In this document: positions 1 to 10,024 of the stretch, in pieces
Layout of the letters: every line of letters starts with the position of its first letter
Numbering within the stretch: position 1 is the first letter of the stretch
Assembly: GCA_965656495.1 (NCBI GenBank)
Contig: CBFHKU010000001.1
Coordinates: 146,781-210,780, forward strand
Direction of reading: 5' to 3'
Source of the DNA: Coraliomargaritaceae bacterium
Lineage (GTDB): Bacteria; Verrucomicrobiota; Verrucomicrobiia; Opitutales; Coraliomargaritaceae
DNA length: 64,000 bases
Notes under the pieces: generated by a model
Told to the model about the DNA's origin: nothing
Databases searched by the model: none
Seen by the model: the letters and a program-made list of their open reading frames with translations, nothing else
Translations under genes and position numbers: made by a program

Positions 1-1
1 G

Positions 2-259
2 GCGGTTTTTGGCGATCATTGCAGTCCGTTCAGTGATACCACCATCGTGGCTTCGATCGCGGCAGGGGTGGAGCCCCTCGATCATTTCCGCACACAATTA
101 CCCTTTGCGGGGATTGCCGGTCTGGTGGCGTTGCTGTGCGGTTTCCTTCCCCTGGGATATGGGCTTGCGCCTTTGTTATGTTTGTTGAGCGGCTTGGCTT
201 GCCTTCTGCTCCTGCCGCTTCTTTATCCGAGGGCGTATGTTGATTCCACTGGAAGATAA
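2..259 (+). CDS. Na+/H+ antiporter NhaC-family protein, C-terminal part (5' truncated by window)
   Basis: Frame open from base 2 reads AVFGDHCSPFSDTTIVAS...HFRTQLPFA, the NhaC-family C-terminal signature. Confidence 0.8.
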   Translation, partial: AVFGDHCSPFSDTTIVASIAAGVEPLDHFRTQLPFAGIAGLVALLCGFLPLGYGLAPLLCLLSGLACLLLLPLLYPRAYVDSTGR

Positions 260-1076
260 TTTTGAAGACGTCCTGATGAAGGCGGCCACGGGTTTGGGGC
301 TGGGTAAATCCAAGTTGGCGGAGGCCGCTGGTTTACCGGTGGCGGAAGTGACTGCGCTTTTGCGGGGACGATTGGAACCGGAGGCACTCCGCAAGCTTGC
401 GACGGTCCTTCAACTCGATGGCCCCGCTCTCGAAGCCTTGGCACGCGGGGAGTCCGCACCCGCTCCCATTCAGGCAACAGGCTTACAGCAATTCAACTCC
501 GCCTTTCCAATACCGGGCTATGCGGCAATGACCGTTAACAGTTACCTGGTTGAATGTCCGCAGACTGCGGTGGCGGTGGCGTTCGATACCGGGACGGAGG
601 GCAAAGCACTGGTGGAATACGTGCAGGGGCACGGTCTCGACCTACAGGCGATCTTTCTCACGCACACCCACCGCGACCATGTGGCGGCGGTGCCGGCTTT
701 GCGTGCCGCTTTTCCGGAGGCGACCCTCCACGGTCCGCGCAGTGAACCCTTCGCGGGGGCTTTCGGAGTGGGCGAGGGCGACTGCTTTGAATACGGCAGT
801 TTGAAAATTGAGGCACGTTTGACCAACGGACACTCCAAAGGCGGTACCAGTTACCGTGTCAGCGGGCTGACGGATCCGCTCGCGATGGTCGGGGATGCCC
901 TTTTCGCGGGCTCGCAGGGTGGGGTTCCCGAGGCGCAGTATGCCCACGCGCTCGAAATCAATCGTGCCCAATTGTTGAATCTGCCGCCTGAAACGATCCT
1001 CTGTCCCGGGCATGGGCCCCTCACCACCGTGGCACATGAACGGCGTTGGAATCCCTTTTACGCCGCTTCTGGTTAA
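237..1076 (+). CDS. MBL-fold metallo-hydrolase with N-terminal HTH-like extension
   Basis: THTHRDH (HxHxDH), GHS, GDALF and PGHG motifs; C-terminal ERRWNPF. Confidence 0.85.
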   Translation: MLIPLEDNFEDVLMKAATGLGLGKSKLAEAAGLPVAEVTALLRGRLEPEALRKLATVLQLDGPALEALARGESAPAPIQATGLQQFNSAFPIPGYAAMTVNSYLVECPQTAVAVAFDTGTEGKALVEYVQGHGLDLQAIFLTHTHRDHVAAVPALRAAFPEATLHGPRSEPFAGAFGVGEGDCFEYGSLKIEARLTNGHSKGGTSYRVSGLTDPLAMVGDALFAGSQGGVPEAQYAHALEINRAQLLNLPPETILCPGHGPLTTVAHERRWNPFYAASG

Positions 1077-1150
1077 ACATATCAAAATATCCTGATATAT
1101 TGATGTAAGGCTTGCCATTCGGGGAACGATGCTTTGTTCTAAGCATCCCT

Positions 1151-2314
1151 ATGAGCAAAAACTTCATCTTTTCCTCCGAGTCGGTCGGCGAAGGCCATCC
1201 CGACAAAGTAGCTGATTTTATCTCGGACAGCGTTCTGGATGCTTGCCTGGAGCAGGATCCCGCAAGCCGCGTTGCCTGCGAAACCCTGGTCAAGAGCAAC
1301 TGCGTTTTCCTCGCCGGTGAAATCACCACCAACGCGAAGCTCAACTACGAGGCCATCGTGCGCGACGCGATTCGTGAGATCGGTTACGTGAACGACGACG
1401 ATGTCTTTCACGCCGACAAGGTCTTCGTTTCCAATATTTTGACCGCGCAATCCTCCGATATCGCTCAGGGTGTTGATGCCGCTGGAGCGGAGGGCAAGAA
1501 AACCGAGGAACAGGGTGCGGGCGACCAGGGCATCATGTTTGGTTATGCCTGTAAACAAACCCCGGAACTCATGCCCGCTCCGGTCATGTTCGCGCACCGT
1601 CTCCTCCGTGAAATGGCACGCCAACGCAAAGAGCTTGGAGTTTCCTGGTTGCGCCCCGATGTGAAGAGTCAGGTCGCCCTTGAATACGTCGACGGCCAGC
1701 CCGTTGCGATCAAGAACGTTGTTATCTCCACTCAGCACGCCGCCGACATTGCTCACAAGGAGATCGAAGCATTCTGCATCGAGGAAGTCATCCGCAAGAC
1801 CCTCCCCGCCGAGCTCTTGAAGGACGATACCGAATATTTGATCAACCCCACCGGTAAATTCGTAATCGGCGGCCCCCAAGGCGACGCCGGTTTGACCGGT
1901 CGCAAAATCATCGTGGACACCTATGGCGGTTATGCCCGTCACGGGGGCGGTGCCTTCTCCGGTAAAGACCCCTCCAAGGTCGACCGTTCCGCCGCATACT
2001 TCACCCGTTGGGTCGCGAAAAACATCGTCGCCGCCGGTCTCGCGGAGGCCTGTGAACTCGAAGTCGCCTACGCGATTGGACACCCTTATCCCACCAGCAT
2101 TCACGTCGATACCTTCGGCACCGGCGTCGCTCCCGATGCTGCTATTTCAGAAGCCGCACAGAAGGTCTTCAGCTTCAAACCCGCTGACATCGTCAGCCAG
2201 TTGGACCTTCTTCGTCCGATCTACCGCGAGTCCACCCACTACGGTCACTTCGCCAAGGAGAACCTTCCCTGGGAATCGACCGCCAAGGCCGAAGAACTGA
2301 AAGCCGCACTATAG
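1151..2314 (+). CDS. metK: S-adenosylmethionine synthetase
   Basis: [16 protein letters not shown] and GGGAFSGKD motifs; start taken at ATG 1151. Confidence 0.98.
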   Translation: MSKNFIFSSESVGEGHPDKVADFISDSVLDACLEQDPASRVACETLVKSNCVFLAGEITTNAKLNYEAIVRDAIREIGYVNDDDVFHADKVFVSNILTAQSSDIAQGVDAAGAEGKKTEEQGAGDQGIMFGYACKQTPELMPAPVMFAHRLLREMARQRKELGVSWLRPDVKSQVALEYVDGQPVAIKNVVISTQHAADIAHKEIEAFCIEEVIRKTLPAELLKDDTEYLINPTGKFVIGGPQGDAGLTGRKIIVDTYGGYARHGGGAFSGKDPSKVDRSAAYFTRWVAKNIVAAGLAEACELEVAYAIGHPYPTSIHVDTFGTGVAPDAAISEAAQKVFSFKPADIVSQLDLLRPIYRESTHYGHFAKENLPWESTAKAEELKAAL

Positions 2315-2355
2315 GAGTTGTTCCGCCCGCGAAGCAACGCGAATGAAACCCAAAG

Positions 2356-2760
2356 ATGACCATGAGCAGCAATGAAGATCTTATCTACAAAGATGAGTGT
2401 TTTGCGATCATTGGTTGCTGTATGCGAGTGCACTCAGACAAGGGAAATGGTTTCCTTGAAGCAGTTTATCAGGAATGCCTCGAGATCGATTTTCAATTGG
2501 AAAAAATTGCATACACCGCTCAAGCCCCTCTTGAGCTGGAATATCGGGGTCACAAACTTCAACAACGCTACAAGCCGGACTTTCTCCTTTTTGATCAAAT
2601 CATTCTCGAAATTAAAACCGCCAAAACGCTCACTGATGAGCATCGCTCTCAAGTTCTCAACTACTTAGCCGCCACCGGTTACTCTCTTGGACTACTCGTG
2701 AACTTTGGTTCCCCGGGTCGCCTTGAATGGGAGCGCATTGTCAAAACAAAGAATCCTTAG
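2356..2760 (+). CDS. GxxExxY family protein (PD-(D/E)xK-like)
   Basis: GFLEAVY motif, PD...IILEIK, QVLNYL, LGLLVNFG. Confidence 0.92.
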   Translation: MTMSSNEDLIYKDECFAIIGCCMRVHSDKGNGFLEAVYQECLEIDFQLEKIAYTAQAPLELEYRGHKLQQRYKPDFLLFDQIILEIKTAKTLTDEHRSQVLNYLAATGYSLGLLVNFGSPGRLEWERIVKTKNP

Positions 2761-2810
2761 CATAACCTTAGCGCCCCTTAGCGGGCAAAATTAATCACAA
2801 AACAACAGCC

Positions 2811-4256
2811 ATGAGCACCGACACCCTCACCACCACCACGACCGATTATAAGGTCAAAGACATCAACCTCGCGGACTTTGGTCGCAAGGAAATTGAGATC
2901 GCGCAGCACGAGATGCCCGGTCTCATGGCAACCCGCGAGAAATACGCCAAGGAGCAACCGCTCAAAGGCGTCCGTGTGATGGGTTCGCTGCACATGACGA
3001 TTCAAACCGCAGTGCTCATCGAGACCCTACAGGCGCTGGGCGCGGATGTGCGCTGGTGTTCCTGTAACATCTTTTCCACGCAGGATCACGCCGCGGCCTA
3101 TGTCGCCAAAAACCTCGGCGTGCCGGTCTTTGCGTGGAAGGGCGAAACCCTTGAGGAATATTGGTGGTGCACCGATCAAGCCCTCACCTGGCCCGACGGT
3201 TCCGGACCGCAACTCATCGTGGACGATGGCGGCGACGCCACCCTTCTTATCCACAAGGGTTACGAGCTTGAAGAGGGCAGTGACTGGGTCGAGTCCGATT
3301 CCGGCAGCATGGAAGAGGCGGTCATTAAAAACCTCCTCAAAAAAGTACATGCCGAGAAACCAAACCGCTGGCACGAAGTGCTGGAGGATTGGAAAGGTGT
3401 TTCCGAAGAAACCACTACCGGTGTGCACCGTCTCTACGAAATGCACAACGCCGGCAAACTCCTCGTTCCCGCCATCAACGTGAACGATTCCGTTACCAAG
3501 GCGAAATTCGACAACCTCTACGGTTGCCGCGAGTCCCTCCTCGACGGGATCAAACGCGCCACCGATGTCATGATTGCCGGTAAAGTCGGCGTGGTCTGCG
3601 GTTACGGCGATGTCGGTAAAGGTTGCGCCGCCGCGCTCAAGGGTATGGGCGCTCAGGTTGTGGTGACTGAAATCGACCCGATTTGCGCGTTGCAGGCCGC
3701 GATGGAAGGTTACCGCGTCCTCACCGTCGAAGACACCCTCGGTTGGGGCGATATCTATGTGACCACCACCGGTAACTACGGCATCATTACCGCTGACCAT
3801 ATGTCCAAAATGAAGGACCAGGCCATCGTCTGTAACATCGGTCACTTCGATAACGAAATCGAAGTCGATAAACTCAACGACTCCCCCGGAGTGGAAGTTG
3901 AGGAAATCAAACCCGACCACGAAGGTGCGGTTGATAAATACACTTTCTCGGATGGTCGCAGTATTTACCTCCTTGCGAAGGGTCGCCTTGTGAACCTCGG
4001 TTGTGCCACCGGTCACCCCTCCTTTGTCATGTCCAACAGCTTCACCAATCAGGCGCTCGCCCAGATTGAGCTTTGGAAACAGGTCGAGAAATACACCCCC
4101 GGGGTCTATATCCTGCCCAAGCACATCGACGAAGAAGTAGCGCGCCTCCACCTGGAAAAGATCGGTTGCAAGCTCACCCAGCTTAGCCCCGACCAAGCCG
4201 AATACATCGGCGTGAAACCAGAAGGCCCCTACAAGTCGGACCACTACCGCTACTAG
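2811..4256 (+). CDS. ahcY: Adenosylhomocysteinase
   Basis: [43 protein letters not shown]. Confidence 0.98.
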   Translation: MSTDTLTTTTTDYKVKDINLADFGRKEIEIAQHEMPGLMATREKYAKEQPLKGVRVMGSLHMTIQTAVLIETLQALGADVRWCSCNIFSTQDHAAAYVAKNLGVPVFAWKGETLEEYWWCTDQALTWPDGSGPQLIVDDGGDATLLIHKGYELEEGSDWVESDSGSMEEAVIKNLLKKVHAEKPNRWHEVLEDWKGVSEETTTGVHRLYEMHNAGKLLVPAINVNDSVTKAKFDNLYGCRESLLDGIKRATDVMIAGKVGVVCGYGDVGKGCAAALKGMGAQVVVTEIDPICALQAAMEGYRVLTVEDTLGWGDIYVTTTGNYGIITADHMSKMKDQAIVCNIGHFDNEIEVDKLNDSPGVEVEEIKPDHEGAVDKYTFSDGRSIYLLAKGRLVNLGCATGHPSFVMSNSFTNQALAQIELWKQVEKYTPGVYILPKHIDEEVARLHLEKIGCKLTQLSPDQAEYIGVKPEGPYKSDHYRY

Positions 4257-4260
4257 GACG

Positions 4261-4383
4261 CGCAGCGTTTCAGAGTTCCTCTGATTCTCCGCTCCTCCGC
4301 GTTAAAAATATAAACGCAGCGTTTCAGAGTTCCTCTGATTCTCCGCTCCTCCGCGTTAAAAATATAAACGCAGAGTTTCAGAG
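4261..4383. repeat. 54-bp tandem repeat (2 exact copies plus a partial third)
   Basis: cgcagcgtttcagagttcctctgattctccgctcctccgcgttaaaaatataaa at 4261 and 4315; partial copy at 4369. Confidence 0.95.
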
Positions 4384-4396
4384 AAATACCCAAACA

Positions 4397-4436
4397 ACTT
4401 TCCCACCTTCCCACTTTCATACCTTCATACTCTCAA
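4397..4436. repeat. 8-bp period degenerate repeat
   Basis: actttccc accttccc actttcat accttcat actctcaa. Confidence 0.8.
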
Positions 4437-4495
4437 AACGGCTTCACTGCCACACATGCTATGGCTTGGCGCGTGGGTTACTTTCCTTGCGGGAG

Positions 4496-5293
4496 CTAGC
4501 AAGCGGGTGGTTGTTCGCGGTCTTCGCGGCGGTGGAGGGTTTGGGGATGCTGGGGGATGGGTCGTTGGAAGACCGGCAGCTTTTTGCGGTAGGCGAGTTT
4601 GGCGGCTTGCCAGAGGATGCGGGGGAAACTGTTGAGGGCGGAATCGGCGGGATGCAGGAGGGCGTATTTCCAGAGGTTGGCGGGGGTAAGGGGATGGCCT
4701 TTGCCGCGCAGGGCGGTCTTGAGGATGCATTTCCCGTCGCGGTGGAGGTCGACGCGGAGGTCGAGTTGTTCGGGTTGGATGCCGAAGCTGAATTGGTAGT
4801 GTCCGTCCATGTTGTTGAAGGGGGAGACATGGAAATTTTTGGGGCATTGGCTTTGCCAGGTATGGGGCGCGGTGGGGTTTAGATCGGTGAGGGGATAAAC
4901 GTGTCGGTCGCGGAAGGTGTTGTTGACTTCGGCGACGGCGGCGCGGAGTTGGTCGCGGTGCATGCGGAAGTGGAAATTGACGGGGTTGAAGGCGATGCCG
5001 AAGTAACGGGGGGAGGTGATCAGGAGGTTGGACTCGTGGGCCTCGGCGGGCGGGAGGAGGGTGTTGAGTTGCGCGGCGATGGGTTGATCCTGTCCGTGGA
5101 GGTAATCGGAATCGCGGAGGCTGAGGGGTCGGAAGGCGTTGTGCCCAAAGAGGAGGGAATGGTTTGCAAGGGTGGGGAGTTCGGCGAGGTCGAAGGCGAA
5201 GAAGGTGGCAGGGTAGGTGAAGGTGTGGCGCCGGGGGTGGAGGCGTTCGTGGTGGACCTGACCGCGAAAGATTCTGGAGTTTAGGGTTTCCAT
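4496..5293 (-). CDS. DUF1365 family protein
   Basis: HERLHPRRHTFTY, PRYFGIAFNPVNF, AEVNNTF, KNFHVSPF; start at METLNS overlaps the upstream gene. Confidence 0.92.
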   Translation of the reverse strand: METLNSRIFRGQVHHERLHPRRHTFTYPATFFAFDLAELPTLANHSLLFGHNAFRPLSLRDSDYLHGQDQPIAAQLNTLLPPAEAHESNLLITSPRYFGIAFNPVNFHFRMHRDQLRAAVAEVNNTFRDRHVYPLTDLNPTAPHTWQSQCPKNFHVSPFNNMDGHYQFSFGIQPEQLDLRVDLHRDGKCILKTALRGKGHPLTPANLWKYALLHPADSALNSFPRILWQAAKLAYRKKLPVFQRPIPQHPQTLHRREDREQPPAC

Positions 5294-6567
5294 GGGATGC
5301 CGAGTTGGCGGGCGACTGCGACGGCGGAACGGACGGCGTCTTCGTGGAAACCGTAGCCGAAGTAACTGCCGCAAAACCAGAGGCGGTCTTTGCCGTTCAT
5401 TGCGGCGAGTCCGTCTTGGGTGGCGAGGGAATCAAAATCGTAGAGGGGATGGGCGAGGGTGGTGGTGTTGATGATTTTATTGGGATCGATGGAGCGGTCT
5501 TGATTGAGGGTGACGAGGTAGGGCGTTTCGCTGGGGATGCGCTGGAGTTGATTCATGTGGTAGGTAACGGCGACGGGGCGGGCATCGGAATCCCCGTCGG
5601 AGCGCACAAAGTTCCATGCGGACCAGAGTTGTTTGTTTTGGGGGAGTTGGTTGGGGTCGGTATGGAGGGTGACGGTGTTGTCCTGATAGCGCCAGGGGGC
5701 GAGGCAGCGGGTTTCCTCGGGGGTGGGGTTTTGAAGGAGGGCGAGGGCCTGATCGGCGTGGGTGGCAATGACGGCGTGGTCAAACTCGTGCTGGGAACCG
5801 TCGGCGAGGTGGAGGGTGACGGAGTTGTGGGCATTTCGGGCGATGCGTTGAACGGGGGCGTCGGTGCGGGGCGGGAGGGGGAGGGCTTCCCGCATTCGGT
5901 CGATATAGGTGCGGGAACCGCCCGGGATGTATTTCCATTGGGGGCGGTTATGAAGGCGGAGGAGGCCGTGGTTTTCGAGGAAATGGAGGTAGGGTTGGGC
6001 GGGGAATTTGCGGAGTTGAGCGACGGGGGAGGACCAGATCGCGGCGCCCATAGGGTAGAGGTAGCGTTCGCGGAAGCTTTCGCTGAAGTTACGCTCCATA
6101 CAATATTGGTGGAGGGTTTTGCCTTCGAGGTAGCCGGATTGCAGGTCGGTGTATCCGATTTTGGCAAAGCGCCAGAGGTCGCGGAGGAGGGCGAGGTGTT
6201 TGGGTTTGGCGAGGTAGGCGGGGGATGGGAAGAGCCCGGCGAGGCCTTTGCCGCAATAACCGTAGCGGGTGGCGCGGTCGTAGTAACTGAAGGACATGGT
6301 GCTGTCGGCGAGCTCGACCTCCAGCTCGCGCAGGACTTTCGTGAACTGCGGGTAATTGCGATGATTCATCACAATATAACCGGTGTCGACGGGGGTGCCG
6401 GCGTCAGGACCGTCCGTTACCCGGAGGGTGCGGGTATGACCACCGAGGCAATCGTTTTTCTCAAAGAGTTGGACCTCGTGTTGACGGCTCAGGAGCCAGG
6501 CGGCGGTGGAACCGGCGACCCCGCTGCCGACGACCGCGATGCGTTGTCTTTCAGGGCTGGGGTTCAT
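5281..6567 (-). CDS. FAD-dependent oxidoreductase (flavin amine-oxidase family)
   Basis: IAVVGSGVAG, GGHTRT, VDTGYIV, GYGFHEDA. Confidence 0.92.
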   Translation of the reverse strand: MNPSPERQRIAVVGSGVAGSTAAWLLSRQHEVQLFEKNDCLGGHTRTLRVTDGPDAGTPVDTGYIVMNHRNYPQFTKVLRELEVELADSTMSFSYYDRATRYGYCGKGLAGLFPSPAYLAKPKHLALLRDLWRFAKIGYTDLQSGYLEGKTLHQYCMERNFSESFRERYLYPMGAAIWSSPVAQLRKFPAQPYLHFLENHGLLRLHNRPQWKYIPGGSRTYIDRMREALPLPPRTDAPVQRIARNAHNSVTLHLADGSQHEFDHAVIATHADQALALLQNPTPEETRCLAPWRYQDNTVTLHTDPNQLPQNKQLWSAWNFVRSDGDSDARPVAVTYHMNQLQRIPSETPYLVTLNQDRSIDPNKIINTTTLAHPLYDFDSLATQDGLAAMNGKDRLWFCGSYFGYGFHEDAVRSAVAVARQLGIPWKP

Positions 6568-7592
6568 GCGTTGGGTTTGAGGGTAAAGCGGTAATGCATG
6601 ACGTTCCATTCCTCGCCGTGGTTGTAGCCGAAGAGTTCGGAACAGGCGAGGTAGAAGAGGCGCCAGCGGTGAAACCAACGGTCGGTTTCAGGGCCGTAGC
6701 AGGGGCGGAGGGTTTCCATGACGGTTTGGCGTTTGGCATCGTGCTGTGCGAGCCAGGCGTCGAGGGTTTTTTGATAGTGGCATCCGTTGACGTCCCAGCG
6801 CGCTTCTTCCTGGAATGAATGAGCGGCGGCGAGGGGGAGGAGGTCGGCGGCGGGCATGATGCCACCGGTAAAGAAGTAACGCGCCATCCAATCGTCGGGG
6901 TGCTCGGCTTCGTAAAGGAAGGCGTGGGTATGATGGGCGAAGATATGGATGAAGACCTTGGCGTCGGGCTTGAGCCAGGTAGCGATTTGGGTGAAGAGCT
7001 GACGGTGGTTGCGAACGTGCTCGAACATTTCGACCGAGACGAGGCGGTCGAAGGTTCGGGCGGGCTGGAAGTGATTGATATCGCAGGTGATGACTTCGAG
7101 GTTGTGAATGCCACGGGCGCGGGCTTGTGCTTCGATGTGTTGGCGCTGGGTTTGGGAATTGGAAACGGTGGTGATTTTAGCGCGGGGGTAGCGAGCTGCC
7201 ATGAAGAGGCTGAGGGAACCCCAACCACAGCCCAGTTCGAGGATGTCCTGCCCGTCGCGAAGTTCGGCGCGTTCGCAGGTGAGGGTGAGCATCGCGATTT
7301 CCGCTGCTTCGAGGGAATCGCATTGCTCGTCCCAGTAGGCGGAACTGTATTTGAGGTGGGGGCCGAGGGCTTCGAGGAAATAGGCGGTGGGGACTTCGTA
7401 GTGTTGTTCGTTGGCGGCGGCGGTGTCCTGCGCGAGGGGGAGCTTGGCGAGGTGCTCAATCCAGTCGGCGGAGGAACGGGGCTGCGCTTCGAGTTGGCGA
7501 AGTTTGCGGCGCAGGCGTTGGCGAATGCCATAACGGATGAGCGCGTCGGGAAGGAGGCCTTTTTCAGCGAGTAGAATACCGGGATTGGACAT
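6564..7592 (-). CDS. Class I SAM-dependent methyltransferase (CFA synthase/coclaurine N-methyltransferase-like)
   Basis: ANEQHYEVP, LKYSS, ILELGCGWGS, VSVEMFEH. Confidence 0.9.
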   Translation of the reverse strand: MSNPGILLAEKGLLPDALIRYGIRQRLRRKLRQLEAQPRSSADWIEHLAKLPLAQDTAAANEQHYEVPTAYFLEALGPHLKYSSAYWDEQCDSLEAAEIAMLTLTCERAELRDGQDILELGCGWGSLSLFMAARYPRAKITTVSNSQTQRQHIEAQARARGIHNLEVITCDINHFQPARTFDRLVSVEMFEHVRNHRQLFTQIATWLKPDAKVFIHIFAHHTHAFLYEAEHPDDWMARYFFTGGIMPAADLLPLAAAHSFQEEARWDVNGCHYQKTLDAWLAQHDAKRQTVMETLRPCYGPETDRWFHRWRLFYLACSELFGYNHGEEWNVMHYRFTLKPNA

Positions 7593-7681
7593 AGTGTTCT
7601 GGGTTAAATAGCCTTGGGTTTTGAACCGCTTGGATATGGTAGTAAGGCGATACCAATTTAAACGATGATTTGTTATTGTCC

Positions 7682-8278
7682 ATGTTGAATCCACTAAACG
7701 TTTTCCTATGCCTGTTGCTTACTTTATTTTTAACAGGCTGCACCCAAGAAGAACCAATGCACACTCAAACCGTTCCTGATGCCCGTTATCGTGCCGCGCT
7801 GGCGGAGAGTGACCCCTCGCGCTATGCCTTGCCGGCGGAGGGATCTGAGGAAGAAGGGGCGATGCTTTCGGCACTGGAGGCGCTGTTTACGAATTACACC
7901 CGTGCGAATCTGGAGGCGAATGTGACGCGGGTTTATGCCGAGCAGGTCTATTTCCGGGATGCCTTCAAGCAATTGGATAGCGCGGAGGCGGTGCGGGATT
8001 ATTTGGTGCATGGACTGGAACCGGTCAATGGGGTGCGCTTCACTTTTAATCGCGTCCTGCGTAGCGGCGGGGATTTCTACGTGGATTGGACGATGGCGAT
8101 CGATTTTAAAAAGACGCCGCCCGATACCTGGGAGGAATCGATGGGGGTCTCGCATTTTCGCTTCAACAGCAGCGGTCAGGTCGTCTTTCATCAAGACTAT
8201 TGGGACCCGACCGATATTGTTTATAAACGCATCCCGCTGGTGAAACAGTTGATTGCGTATGTGAAGAAAAAGCTCTAG
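7682..8278 (+). CDS. NTF2/SnoaL-like lipoprotein
   Basis: Lipobox LTGC; YAEQVYFRDAF and HQDYWD motifs. Confidence 0.8.
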   Translation: MLNPLNVFLCLLLTLFLTGCTQEEPMHTQTVPDARYRAALAESDPSRYALPAEGSEEEGAMLSALEALFTNYTRANLEANVTRVYAEQVYFRDAFKQLDSAEAVRDYLVHGLEPVNGVRFTFNRVLRSGGDFYVDWTMAIDFKKTPPDTWEESMGVSHFRFNSSGQVVFHQDYWDPTDIVYKRIPLVKQLIAYVKKKL

Positions 8279-8287
8279 CGATCGGTC

Positions 8288-9136
8288 ATGCCGGAGTTAG
8301 CCGAAGTGGAATTATCGCGCCGCGTTTGGGCGGTGGCGGAAGGGCAGGCCTTGGAAGGTATTACGGGTCATGCCGCGACGCGTATCTATCGCGATTGCAG
8401 CTTGGCGCGTTTAAAACGGGCGTTGAAGGGAGCGGTGTTATTGGGGAGTCGGGCGCATGGAAAGCGGATGTTTTTTAAATTCAGCGCGGGCGGAATCGGC
8501 GGGGCGCGATGGCTGGAATTGCATTTGGGAATGGCGGGACGGCTGGCGCGCAGCGAGCCCGGCGCGGAAGGTCACAAGCACGATCATTTTGTTTTAGTGA
8601 CGCGCGAATGGCAGTTGGCTTTCAACGATTATCGTCAGTTCGGGCGTTTGTTTTTGCATCCGGAGGGCGTGGATCCTTTGGCGGACTTACCGGTCGAGGT
8701 GCTGGCAGCGGAATTTACGTTAGGGTATGTGAAGGCAATACAGCAGCGCCGCGCTCAGCGGGCCCTGAAGGCGGTGCTCCTCGAGCAGGCTTTGTTCCCC
8801 GGGGTGGGTAATTGGATGGCGGATGAGATATGCTGGCGCATGGGGAAGGACCCGGCGGTTCCGCTGGGTCGGGTCGATGCGGCGCAAGTCCGGCGCGTGA
8901 GCCGGATGGTTTGCCGGGGCGCGCTCAGGCACGTGGCGGATGGCAATGCCGGGCAATACGCGACGGATGAGGGCTTTTCTCCGGGGAATTATGTGAAGCG
9001 GACGCCACCGGCGGGTTGGTTGTTTCGTCACCGTTGGAAGGCGGGCGGGCATTGCCCCGGTTGCGGAACGGTTCTGGAGCGCGGGGTGGTGGCTTCGCGA
9101 ACGACCGCCTGGTGTCCGCGCTGTCAAAAGTATTAA
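8288..9136 (+). CDS. Fpg/Nei family DNA glycosylase
   Basis: N-terminal MPELAEVE, HLGMAG, GVGNWMADE, C-terminal CPGC...CPRCQ zinc finger. Confidence 0.92.
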   Translation: MPELAEVELSRRVWAVAEGQALEGITGHAATRIYRDCSLARLKRALKGAVLLGSRAHGKRMFFKFSAGGIGGARWLELHLGMAGRLARSEPGAEGHKHDHFVLVTREWQLAFNDYRQFGRLFLHPEGVDPLADLPVEVLAAEFTLGYVKAIQQRRAQRALKAVLLEQALFPGVGNWMADEICWRMGKDPAVPLGRVDAAQVRRVSRMVCRGALRHVADGNAGQYATDEGFSPGNYVKRTPPAGWLFRHRWKAGGHCPGCGTVLERGVVASRTTAWCPRCQKY

Positions 9137-9223
9137 CCTAAGTGTATATACGTAAGTAGGTTGTGTGATATTTACATGATAAATAAATTGCCCATTATTG
9201 TTTATGGGTTATACAAATAATTC

Positions 9224-9988
9224 ATGAATAAAAGCGAAAACAAGGAGCTGGTGTGGGATGGGACGATTCGGGTATTTCACTGGCTGTTTGCCTTGTCGGT
9301 AGGTGGTTCGCTGGCGGTGGCCTTTCTGGTGGATCACGACTCGGATTTATTTCGCTACCATATGTTGTTGGGTTTGAGCGCGGGGTTTTTGTTATTGTTG
9401 CGCGTGGTCCTGTTTTTAGTGGGGACCGCACCGATTCGGATAGGCGCGGCCTTGGGTGCTTTGCAGCGCTTGCCTCAATATATTGGAAGTTTATTTTCCC
9501 GTTCGCCCAAACGGAGGGGAGGACACAATCCGTTGGCTTGGCTGGTTTATATTTTGATGTTTGCGGTGGTTTTGGGGCTCGTGCTGACGGGGGTTTTCAT
9601 GGTGAATCACACGATTGAGGAAATACATGAAGTGCTGGGTTGGGTACTCTTGGGATTAGTGGGGGCGCACGTTCTTGGGATGTTGATTCACACCTTGCGC
9701 TTCCGGGAAAATGTTGCGGCTTCAATGATAACGGGTCGCAAGGAGGCACCGGCGGAGGATGCGATAGGCGGCAGTCGACCCGTGTTCGGGGTAGTCGTCC
9801 TTGTTTTAAGTTTAGCGTTTACGATCCAACTCTTCCGGAACTACGAATGCGGCGCGGCAGTGGTGCGATTGCCGTGGGTAGGCATCATCGTGAATTTGGG
9901 TGAAGCGGAGGAGTCCCAGTTTTATGAGCACGATATGGAGCATGAGCACCGCGAGGGTGAGTCTCATGAACATCGTGACTCTGACTGA
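9224..9988 (+). CDS. Cytochrome b/b6-domain membrane protein
   Basis: VWD...RVFHW, GHNPL, IHE, AHV, ASMITGRK; His/Glu-rich tail. Confidence 0.85.
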   Translation: MNKSENKELVWDGTIRVFHWLFALSVGGSLAVAFLVDHDSDLFRYHMLLGLSAGFLLLLRVVLFLVGTAPIRIGAALGALQRLPQYIGSLFSRSPKRRGGHNPLAWLVYILMFAVVLGLVLTGVFMVNHTIEEIHEVLGWVLLGLVGAHVLGMLIHTLRFRENVAASMITGRKEAPAEDAIGGSRPVFGVVVLVLSLAFTIQLFRNYECGAAVVRLPWVGIIVNLGEAEESQFYEHDMEHEHREGESHEHRDSD

Positions 9989-10024
9989 GGAGCAGCGGTT
10001 GGATTTATGGTATGAAGCTTGTAA

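Noticed and set aside
1077..1150. SAM or SAH riboswitch before metK or ahcY
   Set aside because: The leaders are short and I see no recognisable aptamer motif.
4261..4383. Possible CRISPR array
   Set aside because: The units are directly adjacent with no unique spacers, and no cas genes are in the window.
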